The notes: generated by a model from the sequence alone, not told the origin. Numbered from the stretch's first letter, positions 26,748 through 36,577 are shown. The stretch: DNA of 46,633 bases from Candidatus Gallimonas caecicola (GCA_904394195.1 CAJFNH010000001.1:1-46633), one strand, 5' to 3'. Translations and numbers: made by a program.

Positions 26748-28144
26748 ACTATGCACTCAAGATCGGACTGCTGCCCATCCGCCGCTGGATCAAGGAACCG
26801 CCCAAGCGCATCGGCATCTTTCAGTCCGATTACGCCGTGGAAAACAAGCGCGAGATCGTCGCATGGGTCAAAGAACACTATACCGACGAGATCACGCAGT
26901 TTGTCGACATCGATTTTCTCAACGAGGAGGGGATCCTGTTCGACGAGCGCGACTGCGAGCGCGTTGCCGATTACTTCATGCAGCAGAAGATCGACGCGCT
27001 GTTTATCATCAACTGCAATTTCGGCATGGAAAACTGCGCTGGCGGCGTTGCCAAGCGGCTGCATGTTCCCACGCTGCTCTGGGGACCGCGCGACAGGAAT
27101 TTTTCGGGCGGCATCCGCTATACCGATACGCAGTGCGGGCTGTTTGCCATGAGCAAGCAGCTCACGCGCAACAACGTCAAATTCACTTATATCGAGAACT
27201 GCGACCTGCGCTCGCCCGTATTCGACAGGGGGCTGCGCAGCTTTTTCTCGGTCGCATGTATGGTCAGGAATTTCAAAAATCTGCATATCCTGCAGGTGGG
27301 AACGCGCATCAAGCCCTTCCGTTCCATCATGTACAACGAGCTGGAATTGTGCGAAAAATTCGGCGTCGATATCAGCATCTTCAACCTTGCCGAAGCCAAA
27401 AATGACCTTGACCGCATCTGGCAGGAGCGGCAGGCGGCGCTGGAGGGGGACCTTGTTTCCCTCAAACGCACCTTCGATTGTGGCGAACTCGACGATGAGA
27501 CGCTCAAAAAGATGCTCGCCATCGTCTATTACTACGAAGAACTTGCAAAGGCGAACGACTGCAATATCATCAGCTCGGAGTGCTGGACGGGCATCACGCT
27601 CGGCTGGGGGGCAAATCCTTGCCTTGCCATGTGCCTGCTCGCCGACCGGGGCGTGTATGTCACCTGCGAGTGGGATATCCACATGACGATCACCAACGTG
27701 CTGCTTCTTTCGGCAACGCGCGGCAGGGAGGCTCCCATCCAGGGCGAATTTACCTGCCGTCATCCTGAAAACGAGAACGCGGAATTGCTCTGGCACTGCG
27801 GGCCCTTCCCGCTACGCTATAAGGCGGAGGGCGTCAGGCCCCGGCTGTACAATACCAAGCCGACCTTCCGTCTGCGCGACGGAACGTACACCATTGCGCG
27901 CTTCCAGGCGGACAGGGGGAAATATTATCTGCTCGGCGGCAGCTTTGATACCTGCCCCGGCCCGGAGACGTTCGGGACCTATCTCTGGGCGCAGTTCAAA
28001 GATCTGCCCGCCGTGGAGCGAAAGCTCATCGAGGGGCCGTATATCCACCATATGAGCGAAGTCCCGGGCAACTACGTTGCAGAGCTCAAGGAATTTGCCA
28101 AGTACGCCGGGCTTATCTTCGATCCGATCGAGGACGGGCGGTAG
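26741..28144 (+). CDS. L-fucose/L-arabinose isomerase-family protein (substrate unknown)
   Basis: In-frame ATG 26741 overlaps the kinase stop by 7 nt. At 467 aa, its size and overall pattern resemble FucI-like isomerases of Clostridia. This call is from memory of the family, not from a search. Confidence 0.55.
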   Translation: MLNYALKIGLLPIRRWIKEPPKRIGIFQSDYAVENKREIVAWVKEHYTDEITQFVDIDFLNEEGILFDERDCERVADYFMQQKIDALFIINCNFGMENCAGGVAKRLHVPTLLWGPRDRNFSGGIRYTDTQCGLFAMSKQLTRNNVKFTYIENCDLRSPVFDRGLRSFFSVACMVRNFKNLHILQVGTRIKPFRSIMYNELELCEKFGVDISIFNLAEAKNDLDRIWQERQAALEGDLVSLKRTFDCGELDDETLKKMLAIVYYYEELAKANDCNIISSECWTGITLGWGANPCLAMCLLADRGVYVTCEWDIHMTITNVLLLSATRGREAPIQGEFTCRHPENENAELLWHCGPFPLRYKAEGVRPRLYNTKPTFRLRDGTYTIARFQADRGKYYLLGGSFDTCPGPETFGTYLWAQFKDLPAVERKLIEGPYIHHMSEVPGNYVAELKEFAKYAGLIFDPIEDGR

Positions 28145-28209
28145 CCCGGTCGGGTTTTATGCAGACGGACGTGCGCAGAGCAGTTGCGCGGGATCTGAAC
28201 GAAACGAAG

Positions 28210-28242
28210 AGGGGCGGGCGGAGAATTTCTCCGTCCGCCCCT
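28210..28242. terminator. GC-rich hairpin between the convergent isomerase gene and leuB
   Basis: aggggcgggcggag / ctccgtccgcccct (13 of 14 positions pair), loop aattt. The minus strand has a T-rich tail. Confidence 0.55.
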
Positions 28243-28271
28243 GCCGATTGCGTTCCGTCCGCAAGGTGGTT

Positions 28272-29348
28272 TCAGATATTGTCTGCAATGCGGCGCGCCA
28301 TCTCATGGCAGCCGATTTTTTTCATGCCTTCCGACAGGATGTCCGCCGTGCGCCAGCCCTCTTCGAGCGTTCTCTCCACGGCGCCTTCGATCGCGGCGTA
28401 TTCGCGCGTCATGCCGAAGGAATCGCGCAGCATCATGGCGGCGGCAAGGATGGTGGCGATGGGGTTGGCAACGTCGCGGCCCGCAATGTCGGGCGCGGAG
28501 CCGTGGATGGGCTCGTACAGCCCGCACGTCGTATCGCCCAGCGAGGAGGAGGCGAGCATGCCGATGGAGCCCGTCACCTGCGCCGCCTCATCCGAGAGGA
28601 TATCGCCGAACATGTTGGAGGTGAGCAAAACGTCGAACTGCGTAGGATCTTTGACGATCTGCATGGCGCAGTTGTCCACCAGCATATCGGCGACGGTCAC
28701 GTCGGGGTAATATTTTGTGGCAAACGCATGCACCGTTCTGCGCCACAGGCGGGAGCTCTCGAGCACGTTCGCCTTATCGACGGAGACGATCCTCCCGCTG
28801 CGCTTTTGCGCCAGTTCGCAGGCGATGCGCGTGATGCGCTCGATCTCTTTCACGGAATACTTCTCGGTATCCCATGCCGTCTCGCCCATGTCGGCGTCCG
28901 TGCATGTGCCGCGTTCGCCGAAGTAGATGCCGCCCGTCAGTTCGCGCACGACGATGATCTCGACGCCCTTCTCCACCAGCTCTCTCTTGAGGGGGGAGGC
29001 GTCGGCGAGCGCGCGCCAGAGCTTTGCGGGGCGGATATTGGAATACAGCCCCATCGCCTTGCGGATGCCCAGAAGTCCCTTTTCGGGGCGCTTGTCGCCG
29101 GGAAGACCGTCCCACTTCGGCCCGCCCACGGCGCCGAGCAGCACGCTGTCCGAAGCAAGGCAGCGCTCCACCGTGTGCGCGGGCAGCGGCTCGCCGCACG
29201 CGTCGATGGCGCATCCGCCCATCAGAAGGGGCTCGAAGGTGAAGGTGTGCCCGTACGTTGCGGCGACTTTTTTCAGCACCTCCACGGCGCCCGCCGTGAT
29301 CTCGGGACCGATGCCGTCGCCTGCAAGAACTGCAATGTGTTTTTTCAT
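28272..29348 (-). CDS. leuB: 3-isopropylmalate dehydrogenase
   Basis: In-frame ATG at 29348 ([17 protein letters not shown]). The full-length IMDH pattern includes [11 protein letters not shown]. Confidence 0.92.
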   Translation of the reverse strand: MKKHIAVLAGDGIGPEITAGAVEVLKKVAATYGHTFTFEPLLMGGCAIDACGEPLPAHTVERCLASDSVLLGAVGGPKWDGLPGDKRPEKGLLGIRKAMGLYSNIRPAKLWRALADASPLKRELVEKGVEIIVVRELTGGIYFGERGTCTDADMGETAWDTEKYSVKEIERITRIACELAQKRSGRIVSVDKANVLESSRLWRRTVHAFATKYYPDVTVADMLVDNCAMQIVKDPTQFDVLLTSNMFGDILSDEAAQVTGSIGMLASSSLGDTTCGLYEPIHGSAPDIAGRDVANPIATILAAAMMLRDSFGMTREYAAIEGAVERTLEEGWRTADILSEGMKKIGCHEMARRIADNI

Positions 29349-29401
29349 ATTTTCTCCTGAAAAAGCGCCGCGGCGCCGTCTGCGGGCGGCGCGCCGGACC
29401 T

Positions 29402-29881
29402 TCAGCGGATGCTGTTGATGAGTCCGCCCGCGCTGATGATCTTTTGGATAAATTCGGGGAAGGGCTGTGCGGAAAACAGGGCGCCCGTCGTCTCGTTTCT
29501 GATCTCGCCCTTTGCAAGATCGCAGCTCACGGCATCTCCCGCCCGGATATTTGCGACCGCTTCGGGGCACTCCAAAATGGGCAGCCCGATATTGATGGCG
29601 TTGCGGTAGAAGATGCGCGCGAAGGTGTTGGCAATGACCAGCGAGATGCCGCTTGCCTTGAGGGCGATGGGGGCGTGCTCGCGCGAGGAGCCGCAGCCGA
29701 AGTTGTCCTCGGCAACGAGGATATCGCCCGCCCGTACCGTTTTTATAAAGTCGGGATCGATGTCCTCCATGCAGTGGGCGGCAAGCTCCGCCTCCGACGA
29801 CGTGTTGAGGTAGCGCGCCGGAATGATGACGTCAGTATCCACGTTGCTGCCGTATCTGTGCACCTTTCCTTTCACGATCAT
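29402..29881 (-). CDS. leuD: 3-isopropylmalate dehydratase small subunit
   Basis: In-frame ATG at 29881 ([25 protein letters not shown]). ATGA overlap with the leuC stop. Confidence 0.9.
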   Translation of the reverse strand: MIVKGKVHRYGSNVDTDVIIPARYLNTSSEAELAAHCMEDIDPDFIKTVRAGDILVAEDNFGCGSSREHAPIALKASGISLVIANTFARIFYRNAINIGLPILECPEAVANIRAGDAVSCDLAKGEIRNETTGALFSAQPFPEFIQKIISAGGLINSIR

Positions 29882-31134
29882 TTCAGCACCTCCTTTGCCG
29901 TGGCAAGCCTGCCCAGCACCGCGCTCGCCGCCGCCGTGTAGGGGGAGGCGAGGTAAATTTCGCTCGTGATATGTCCCATGCGTCCCACAAAGTTGCGGTT
30001 GGTGGTGGAAACGCACCGCTCGTGGTCGGCAAGGATGCCCATGTGTCCGCCCAGGCAGGGGCCGCAGGTGGGAGTGGAGACGACGGCGCCCGCGCGGATG
30101 AAGGCCTCCAGAAGGCCCTCTTTCATCGCCTGCAGATACACTTCCTGCGTGGCGGGGATGACGATGCAGCGCACGTTCTTTGCCACCTTCCTTCCCTCCA
30201 GCACCTGCGCCGCCTGCCGCAGGTCGGAGATCCTGCCGTTGGTGCAGGAGCCGATGACCACCTGGTCAATGTCGATATTATCCCAGGACGTATGCGTATT
30301 TTCGGGCAGATGGGGGAAGGCGACGGTGGGCTCCAGGGCGGACAGGTCGATATCGTACGTCGCGTCGTATACGGCGTCGGCGTCCGCTTCGTACACCTTT
30401 GCCGGGCGGCGGAAGCGCCCTTTCATGTAGGCGAGCGCCGCTTCGTCCACGGGGAAGATGCCGTTCTTTGCGCCCGCTTCGATGGCCATGTTGCATACGG
30501 TGAAGCGGTCGTCCATCGAAAGGGCGGCGGTGCCCTCGCCCGTAAATTCCATGCTCTTGTACAGCGCGCCGTCCACGCCGATCATGCCGATGATGTGCAG
30601 GATAAGGTCTTTGCCCGTCACATAAGCGGGAAGGCTCCCGTGCAGCACAAAGCGCAGGGCGGAGGGGACTTTGAACCAGCACCTGCCCGTCATCATGGCG
30701 GCGGCAAGGTCGGTGGAGCCAACGCCCGTGGAAAAGGCGCCCAGCGCGCCGTATGTACAGGTGTGGCTGTCCGCGCCGATCACGCAGTCGCCCGCGCCCA
30801 CGAGCCCCTGTTCGGGCAGCAACGCATGTTCGATGCCCATCGTCCCCACGTCGAAGAAGTGCTCCACTCCCTCGCGCAGGGCAAATGCGCGCGTGCACTT
30901 GACCTGGCACGCCGCCTTGATATCTTTATTGGGCGTAAAGTGGTCCATGACAAGGGCGACCTTGTCCTTATCTTTGACGTGTCCGCCCGCCTTCTCCACC
31001 TCTTTGATGGCAACGGGCGCGGTGATGTCGTTTCCCAGGGCAAGATCGAGCTCCGCTTCGATGAGCTGTCCCGCCGTGACATAGGGCAGCCCCGCATGTG
31101 CGGCAAGGATCTTCTGCGTCATTGTCATCCCCAT
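29878..31134 (-). CDS. leuC: 3-isopropylmalate dehydratase large subunit
   Basis: In-frame ATG at 31134, 8 nt after aaggag ([13 protein letters not shown]). Has the aconitase-family Cys ligands (GSCTNGR, CGPCLG). Confidence 0.9.
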   Translation of the reverse strand: MGMTMTQKILAAHAGLPYVTAGQLIEAELDLALGNDITAPVAIKEVEKAGGHVKDKDKVALVMDHFTPNKDIKAACQVKCTRAFALREGVEHFFDVGTMGIEHALLPEQGLVGAGDCVIGADSHTCTYGALGAFSTGVGSTDLAAAMMTGRCWFKVPSALRFVLHGSLPAYVTGKDLILHIIGMIGVDGALYKSMEFTGEGTAALSMDDRFTVCNMAIEAGAKNGIFPVDEAALAYMKGRFRRPAKVYEADADAVYDATYDIDLSALEPTVAFPHLPENTHTSWDNIDIDQVVIGSCTNGRISDLRQAAQVLEGRKVAKNVRCIVIPATQEVYLQAMKEGLLEAFIRAGAVVSTPTCGPCLGGHMGILADHERCVSTTNRNFVGRMGHITSEIYLASPYTAAASAVLGRLATAKEVLK

Positions 31135-31162
31135 GATCTGCGCTCCTTTTTTCGGATATTTC

Positions 31163-31199
31163 TTGACAAAGTATAGCATATGTGTTATACTTTCGTCAA
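31163..31199. promoter_or_regulatory. Overlapping divergent promoters (leuCDB leftward, LysR gene rightward) built on an imperfect palindrome
   Basis: Plus strand: TTGACA 31163-31168, 17-nt spacer, TGtTATACT (31186-31191). Minus strand: TTGACG (complement of 31194-31199), 18-nt spacer, TATACT (complement of 31170-31175). Central dyad GTATA-N10-TATAC at 31171-31190. Confidence 0.6.
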
Positions 31200-31247
31200 T
31201 CATTTAAAAAACGAATAATTACATGGGAGCTATCGGGAAATCGAATT

Positions 31248-32069
31248 GTGAATACGGACAATCTTCGCACTTTTCTGCTGCTGGTAAAACTGAAAAACTT
31301 TACGCGCGTTGCCGAACAGCTCTTCATCGCCCAGTCCACCGTCACCAACCGCATTGCCGAACTGGAGCGGGAGATGGACGTCAAACTGCTGCGGCGGGAC
31401 ACGCGCAACGTGGCGCTCACCGAGGAGGGCAAGACCTTCTATGACTATGCCCGCCGCATCGTAGAGATGGAGGATGCCTGCGTCTCCGCCGTCCGAGGCG
31501 GACTGCGCCAGATCCGCCTGGGGGCGACCAACGCCATCTACGAGGGCGCGCTCAAGGCGCCCATCTTCGAAGGGATCGCGCAGGGCAAACTCTACCGTGT
31601 GACGATCGGGCATACGTCGGGGCTTCTGGAGATGCTCTGGGACGGGCTTCTCGACGTGGCGTACGTCTATCAAGACGTGCGGCGCGCGGGGTACTCGTGC
31701 AGACCGTACTGGCAGGACGAGCTCATCCTGCTCGTGCGTTCGGATAAGAACGGCTTTCCGGGCGGCATCACGCAGGAGCAGCTCAAGGATATCCCCTGCG
31801 CCATGTGCAATTTCTCGCTGCAGGAAGTGGGCTCTTACCTGCGGGAGCTCTTTCCCGCGGGGCATGTGTTCCCCTTTGAGGTGGACAATTCCAACAAGGT
31901 GAAGGATTATCTTGCCGCGGGGCTCGGCTACGCCTTTTTGCCGCGCGGCATCGTGCAGGAGGAGCTTGAAAGCGGGCTTTTGTGCGAGGTCCCGCCCCTT
32001 GACTTCGACCGTATGCCCATCCCCAGTTACTGTATCTGCCGCACGGAGGACGAGGAGCTGTGCCTTTGA
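31248..32069 (+). CDS. LysR-family transcriptional regulator
   Basis: HTH region LRTFLLLVKLKNFTRVAEQLFIAQSTVTNRIAELE at the N-terminus. GTG 31248 is preferred because the listed ATG 31182 lies inside the predicted promoter. The start is uncertain. Confidence 0.75.
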   Translation: MNTDNLRTFLLLVKLKNFTRVAEQLFIAQSTVTNRIAELEREMDVKLLRRDTRNVALTEEGKTFYDYARRIVEMEDACVSAVRGGLRQIRLGATNAIYEGALKAPIFEGIAQGKLYRVTIGHTSGLLEMLWDGLLDVAYVYQDVRRAGYSCRPYWQDELILLVRSDKNGFPGGITQEQLKDIPCAMCNFSLQEVGSYLRELFPAGHVFPFEVDNSNKVKDYLAAGLGYAFLPRGIVQEELESGLLCEVPPLDFDRMPIPSYCICRTEDEELCL

Positions 32070-32248
32070 CGGCAGACATTCATGAACGCATTGCGGGCGG
32101 TCCGGCATTTGCCGGACCGCCCGCATATTTTTTGAAAAAATTTTCCGCAGGCATGCGACCGCGGGATGAAAAAACCGTACTTGAAAGTGAACGGGCATAC
32201 ACGCGCAAAGCTGCGCGGCTATCTTTGCGATTTTTATGGAGGTGACGT

Positions 32249-32962
32249 ATGAACAAACTGGTCATGGCAATGGGCGAGATCGGCGACGACCTCATCCTCT
32301 CCGCCCTGAAAAGCGTGCAGACATCTTCGCCGCAGAGGGGACGTACAGGCGGCAGGGCGGTGGTATATCGTCCCGCGCGCCGGCAACGCGGCGGCGTGCG
32401 GGTGACGGCGCTCGCCGTGGGCGCTCTTGCCCTGTGTGTGGCGCTCATCGTCTGGGCAGCCGTCGCGCTGACGGGAAACCACGCCGAAGATCCGCACGCG
32501 CACGGGGAACAGAAGATCTTTTCCGCCTTCTCCGAAGTGCAGGCATACTATCCGGACGCGGAAATGGCGGCGCGGCTTGCGCAGCTTTCCGGGCAGGTGG
32601 AGCCCGATGTCGAGGGCGTGGCGCTCTACTATGCGCCCGGCACCGACTGGCGCGACAGCGAAAACTGGAACTCCCTGCTGCTGACGGGTTGGACGGCGGA
32701 GGGGGATGTGTTCACCGTGTACTGCCTGTTCGAGGGCACGGCGGGGTACTGGCTCGGCGCCCGCCCCGCCTATGAGAGCGCAGTGCAGGGGCAGATCGGG
32801 GACGTGCAGGTGCATTTTGCCGCGCAGGAATTGGCGGACGGCGAGGTGGACAGCTGGGCGCTCTTTGAGGTGCAGGGCGTCGTGTACGAGGTGCTGACCG
32901 CGAACGATGCGGACGCGGAACTGCGGACGTGGGTGCTGCAGGAGCTGCTGGGGGAAAATTAG
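32249..32962 (+). CDS. Hypothetical single-pass membrane protein (DUF4367-like C-terminal domain?)
   Basis: 237 aa. N-terminal MGEIGDDLILSA is followed by one TM segment (VTALAVGALALCVALIVWAAVAL) and an acidic extracytoplasmic domain. I do not recognise any catalytic motif. Confidence 0.5.
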   Translation: MNKLVMAMGEIGDDLILSALKSVQTSSPQRGRTGGRAVVYRPARRQRGGVRVTALAVGALALCVALIVWAAVALTGNHAEDPHAHGEQKIFSAFSEVQAYYPDAEMAARLAQLSGQVEPDVEGVALYYAPGTDWRDSENWNSLLLTGWTAEGDVFTVYCLFEGTAGYWLGARPAYESAVQGQIGDVQVHFAAQELADGEVDSWALFEVQGVVYEVLTANDADAELRTWVLQELLGEN

Positions 32963-33033
32963 GCCGTGTGCGCCGCGCGGCATATGCCGCATACGAAAAA
33001 TATCCCCGAAATAGCCCGCAGGTGTGCGTTACA

Positions 33034-33078
33034 ACACATGCCGCCCGGCGCATTTGCGCCGGGCGGCATGTGTTTTCG
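33034..33078. terminator. Bidirectional terminator between convergent genes
   Basis: Roughly 19-bp near-perfect stem acacatgccgcccggcgca / tgcgccgggcggcatgtgt followed by tttt. Confidence 0.8.
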
Positions 33079-33089
33079 GATACGGTCCG

Positions 33090-33437
33090 TCATTTGAAGT
33101 ATTCTGCTTCCTCAAGCAGCTGTTCATATCGCGCAAAGATCTCCTCCGCACGCGCGTCGTCGTCCTCGCTGGAAAGAGAAGTGTTGCCGTCTTCGTCGAT
33201 ATCCACGCGGAAGACGATGGCTTCATCGTCCGCAACGCCTTTGATCCGTTCGAGTGGCTTTAAAATACAGTACAGTGTCGCCTCGTTATTCTCGCGATAG
33301 GGAATCGTGGCGACCTGCCCGAACAAAAGCTCGTTTCCCGCGTCGTCCGTCAGCACGATGGGTGCATTGTTGTCCGGATTCAGAAGGATATCCAACAGAT
33401 CGACGCTGGCATAAATTTCTTTTTCGTCGTTTTTCAT
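33090..33437 (-). CDS. DUF1292-family protein
   Basis: In-frame ATG at 33437 (MKNDEKEIYASVDLLDILL). Conserved LYCILKPLERIKGVADDEAIVFRV block and acidic tail. Confidence 0.75.
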   Translation of the reverse strand: MKNDEKEIYASVDLLDILLNPDNNAPIVLTDDAGNELLFGQVATIPYRENNEATLYCILKPLERIKGVADDEAIVFRVDIDEDGNTSLSSEDDDARAEEIFARYEQLLEEAEYFK

Positions 33438-33450
33438 AAATTGTGTCCTT

Positions 33451-33795
33451 TCAGTTGAACTTTTTGCTTTGCGCTTCGGCGCACAGTTTTTCGTATTTGG
33501 CGTACACGGCGTGCGCGACTTCGGCATCTTCCTCCACGCAGATGGTCGTCGGGCCGTTTCCGATATTAAGTCGGAAGACGATGGCTTCGTCGTCCGCAAT
33601 GCCTTTGACCTGCTCGAGCGGCTTCAAAAGACAGTACAGGCGCCGCTCTTCTCCCACCGCCATGGGGATGACCGCGACCTGTTCAAAATTCATCTGCCTC
33701 CCGTTTTCGTCCATCATTGTCACGGGGTCGCGGTTGTTTGCGTCGAGCAGGACGTCCAGCAGATCCATCGCTTTAAAATTGGTATCCAACGCCAT
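33451..33795 (-). CDS. DUF1292-family protein (tandem paralogue)
   Basis: 114 aa. The LYCLLKPLEQVKGIADDEAIVFRL block parallels the downstream paralogue. Confidence 0.75.
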   Translation of the reverse strand: MALDTNFKAMDLLDVLLDANNRDPVTMMDENGRQMNFEQVAVIPMAVGEERRLYCLLKPLEQVKGIADDEAIVFRLNIGNGPTTICVEEDAEVAHAVYAKYEKLCAEAQSKKFN

Positions 33796-33803
33796 TCTCC
33801 CTG

Positions 33804-35471
33804 TCAGAATTTTTTGAATACGGCGCCGTCGGAGGCGGAAGTGACCAGCGCACGGTAGCGCTTCAGGTAGCCGTCCACTGGTTTTTCGAGCGGCGCGAAC
33901 GTCTTCAGCCGCGCGGCGATCTCCTCCTCGGACACGCGCAGGTTGATCTCGCCCTTTTCGATGTCGATATCGATGATATCGCCCTCTTTGACAATGCCGA
34001 TCGTGCCGCCTGCCGCCGCTTCGGGGCAGACGTGACCGATCGCCGCGCCGCGCGTTGCGCCCGAAAAGCGGCCGTCCGTGATGAGCGCGACCGTGTCTCC
34101 CAGCCCCGCACCCACGATGGAGGAGGTGGGGGAGAGCATCTCGCGCATGCCGGGACCGCCCTTGGGTCCCTCGTAGCGGATGACGACCACGTCGCCCGCA
34201 CAGATTTGATTGGAGGAGATGGCCTCCATCGCTGCCTCTTCGCTGTCAAACACGCGCGCAGGTCCCGAATGGCGGTACATTTTGGGATCGACCGCGCTTT
34301 TTTTGACGACCGCGCCTTCACGCGCAAGGTTGCCTTTTAAAATTGCAAGTCCGCCGTAGGGGGAATAGGGGGCGTCCAGAGGGCGGATGATCGCGGCATC
34401 GCGCACACGCGTGCCGCGCGTCAGCTCGTCCTGCGTGAGGAGCGCCGCCGTCATGGCGGAGCCGTCGAACAGTCCTCCGTCGATGAGTTCGCGGATGACG
34501 GCAGAGATCCCGCCCGCGTCCTCCAGTTCCTCGATGTAGTGCTCGCCTGCAGGGGCAAGCCGGCACAGGTTGGGCGTCGCCATGCTGATCTCGTTCATCG
34601 TGTCGATGGAGATCTGCTCCTTCGCAAAGCCCAGTTCGCTTGCGAGCGCCAGAAGGTGCAGCACGGAGTTGGAGGAGGCGCCGATCGCCATGTCCACGCG
34701 CTCGGCGTTTTTGAGCGCCGTCGGCGTGAGGATGTCGCGCGGGCGCACGCCGCGCTCCAGCAGCGCCATCACCGCCTCGCCCGTCCTCTTGGCAAGCTCA
34801 AGGCGGGCGGAGTACACGGCAGGGATGGTGCCGTTTCCGGGCAGCGCCATGCCCAGCGCCTCCAGAAGGCAGTTCATGGAGTTCGCCGTGAACATGCCCG
34901 AGCACGATCCGCACGAAGGGCAGGCGGCACACTCAAAGCGCTCCAGTTCCTCCTCGTTGATCTTGCCCGAAGTGTATGCACCCACCGCCTCGAACATGGA
35001 GGAGAGGGAGAGCTTTTTGCCGTCCTTGTGCCCCGCCAGCATGGGGCCGCCCGAACAGAAGAGGGCGGGAACGTTGGCGCGCACGCACCCCATCAACATG
35101 CCGGGAATGATCTTGTCGCAGTTGCCCACGAACACGCAGGCGTCAAAGGCGTGCGCCGTTATAAGGATCTCGCAGCTGTCGGCAATGATCTCGCGGGAAG
35201 GCAGGGAATAGCGCATCCCTTTGTGTCCCATGGCAATGCCGTCGCACACGCCGATGCAGGGTACGATGACGGGCTTGCCGCCCGCCGCGAGCACGCCGTC
35301 CGAAACGGCGCGCGCGATCTCGTGCAGGTGGGTGTGTCCCGGAATGATATCGCTCTGCGCGCAGATAATGCCCACGATGGGCTTTTTCATCTCGCTGTCC
35401 GACCAGCCCAGCGCCCGCAGAAGGGAGCGTTGCGCCGCCATATTGCTGCCGTTTGTAAAGGTGTTAGACAT
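33804..35471 (-). CDS. ilvD: Dihydroxy-acid dehydratase
   Basis: ATG at 35471 lies 6 nt after gaggagg (MSNTFTNGSN). Full-length IlvD/Edd pattern includes CDKIIPGM and GHVCPEAAAGG. Confidence 0.92.
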   Translation of the reverse strand: MSNTFTNGSNMAAQRSLLRALGWSDSEMKKPIVGIICAQSDIIPGHTHLHEIARAVSDGVLAAGGKPVIVPCIGVCDGIAMGHKGMRYSLPSREIIADSCEILITAHAFDACVFVGNCDKIIPGMLMGCVRANVPALFCSGGPMLAGHKDGKKLSLSSMFEAVGAYTSGKINEEELERFECAACPSCGSCSGMFTANSMNCLLEALGMALPGNGTIPAVYSARLELAKRTGEAVMALLERGVRPRDILTPTALKNAERVDMAIGASSNSVLHLLALASELGFAKEQISIDTMNEISMATPNLCRLAPAGEHYIEELEDAGGISAVIRELIDGGLFDGSAMTAALLTQDELTRGTRVRDAAIIRPLDAPYSPYGGLAILKGNLAREGAVVKKSAVDPKMYRHSGPARVFDSEEAAMEAISSNQICAGDVVVIRYEGPKGGPGMREMLSPTSSIVGAGLGDTVALITDGRFSGATRGAAIGHVCPEAAAGGTIGIVKEGDIIDIDIEKGEINLRVSEEEIAARLKTFAPLEKPVDGYLKRYRALVTSASDGAVFKKF

Positions 35472-35482
35472 AATATTCCTCC

Positions 35483-36056
35483 TCACGCAAATCTTTTTGC
35501 AAAGGCAAAAATTTTTGCCGTGATTTCAGGAAAAACACCGCCGCGGCGCGCCTTCGGCTGACTACGGCTCGTTTTCCCTCTTGGCGCGATTTTCAGGGCT
35601 TACATTTTAACTCGCGCCAATTCACCCTTTCCCCATAAGCGCAGGTATGCGCAAATTGAGTCCCGCTGCGCAGGGCAACCCTGCTTGCGGGAGGGATTAT
35701 AGCAAAAGGCACTTTTTGTGTCCTTGCTATAAACACGTTGCAAAAGGCGTCACTACGTTATGCCTTTTGCGCCCCTGTTTGCCGCTCACGCGGCTTACGC
35801 GGAAAGGTGAGCTGCCGCGGGTTAAACTGTTGCGAATATAGCGGCGGCGAGGGTGAGGGCGTGCGTTATGCAGACAAGCCCGGTGGGCTTTCTGCGCACG
35901 CCCGAACTGCGGTTTTTGCCATCGGTAGGGCAAAAACCGTGACCGAACGCGGGATCTACCCGCGTGAGACAAACCGAACGCAGAGCGTAGCGAACGTTGG
36001 GTTTTCCTTTCCCTCACGACGTTTCTTTTCGTCAGTTCGAAAAGAAACGTGTGAAC
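35483..36056. repeat. Composite hairpin-rich intergenic repeat, copy B (fills the whole ilvN-ilvD spacer)
   Basis: 35483-35728 aligns with 40451-40680 in direct orientation. 35741-35810 and 35997-36056 are reverse complements of 8337-8407 and 7872-7930. Long AT-rich hairpins lie at both ends, at 35484-35522 and at 36015-36053 (perfect 13-bp core at 36019-36050). Confidence 0.85.
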
Positions 36057-36058
36057 CC

Positions 36059-36577
36059 CTATATTCTTTCTTTATAATCCGTCTCGTCCTGAATGGTCGT
36101 CTTGCCGCGGGAAATGCTCGTCACGCCCGTGCGGGCGAGTTCCATCACTCCGTAGGGCATGAGCATGGTCACAAATCCGTCCAGTTTCAGGGGCTTGCCC
36201 GTCAGCTCCAGGATGGTCGCCTCGGGCGAGGCGTCCACGACCTTGGCGCGGAAGATCTGGCAGATCTCCAGCACCTGCGAGCGGGTGCCGGCATCCGTTC
36301 TGACTTTGACGAGCAGCAGCTCGCGGCTGACGGCGTCCTCTTCGGCGCGTTTGATCTTCTTGACGTCGATGAGTTTATCCATCTGCTTCATCATCTGCCC
36401 GAGGATGTAGTCATCGCCGTTTAAGACGATGGTCATGCGGGAAAGTTCCTCGTCCTCCGTCTTGCACACAGAGAGCGATTCGATGTTGTAGCCGCGGCGC
36501 GCAAAGAGCGCGGCAACGCGCACAAGGACGCCCGATTTGTTGGTGACAAGCGCACTGATCGTGTAGCGGTTCATCAT
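36059..36577 (-). CDS. ilvN: Acetolactate synthase small (regulatory) subunit
   Basis: ACT-domain start MMNRYTISALVTNKSGVLVRVAALFARRGYNIESL. ATGA overlap with the ilvB stop. ATG 36574 is an equally possible start. Confidence 0.88.
   Translation of the reverse strand: MMNRYTISALVTNKSGVLVRVAALFARRGYNIESLSVCKTEDEELSRMTIVLNGDDYILGQMMKQMDKLIDVKKIKRAEEDAVSRELLLVKVRTDAGTRSQVLEICQIFRAKVVDASPEATILELTGKPLKLDGFVTMLMPYGVMELARTGVTSISRGKTTIQDETDYKERI

Noticed and set aside
28077-29360. 427-aa plus-strand ORF
   Set aside because: It lies entirely antisense to leuB, which has unmistakable IMDH motifs.
31182-31247. ATG 31182 as the start of the LysR regulator
   Set aside because: This codon lies between the -35 and -10 of the predicted plus-strand promoter. 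It would also add 22 residues ahead of the HTH, which normally begins within the first few residues. GTG 31248 is preferred, but this remains unproven.
35738-36424. 228-aa plus-strand ORF spanning repeat copy B and part of ilvN
   Set aside because: Half is repeat DNA and half is antisense to ilvN. It shows no coding signal.
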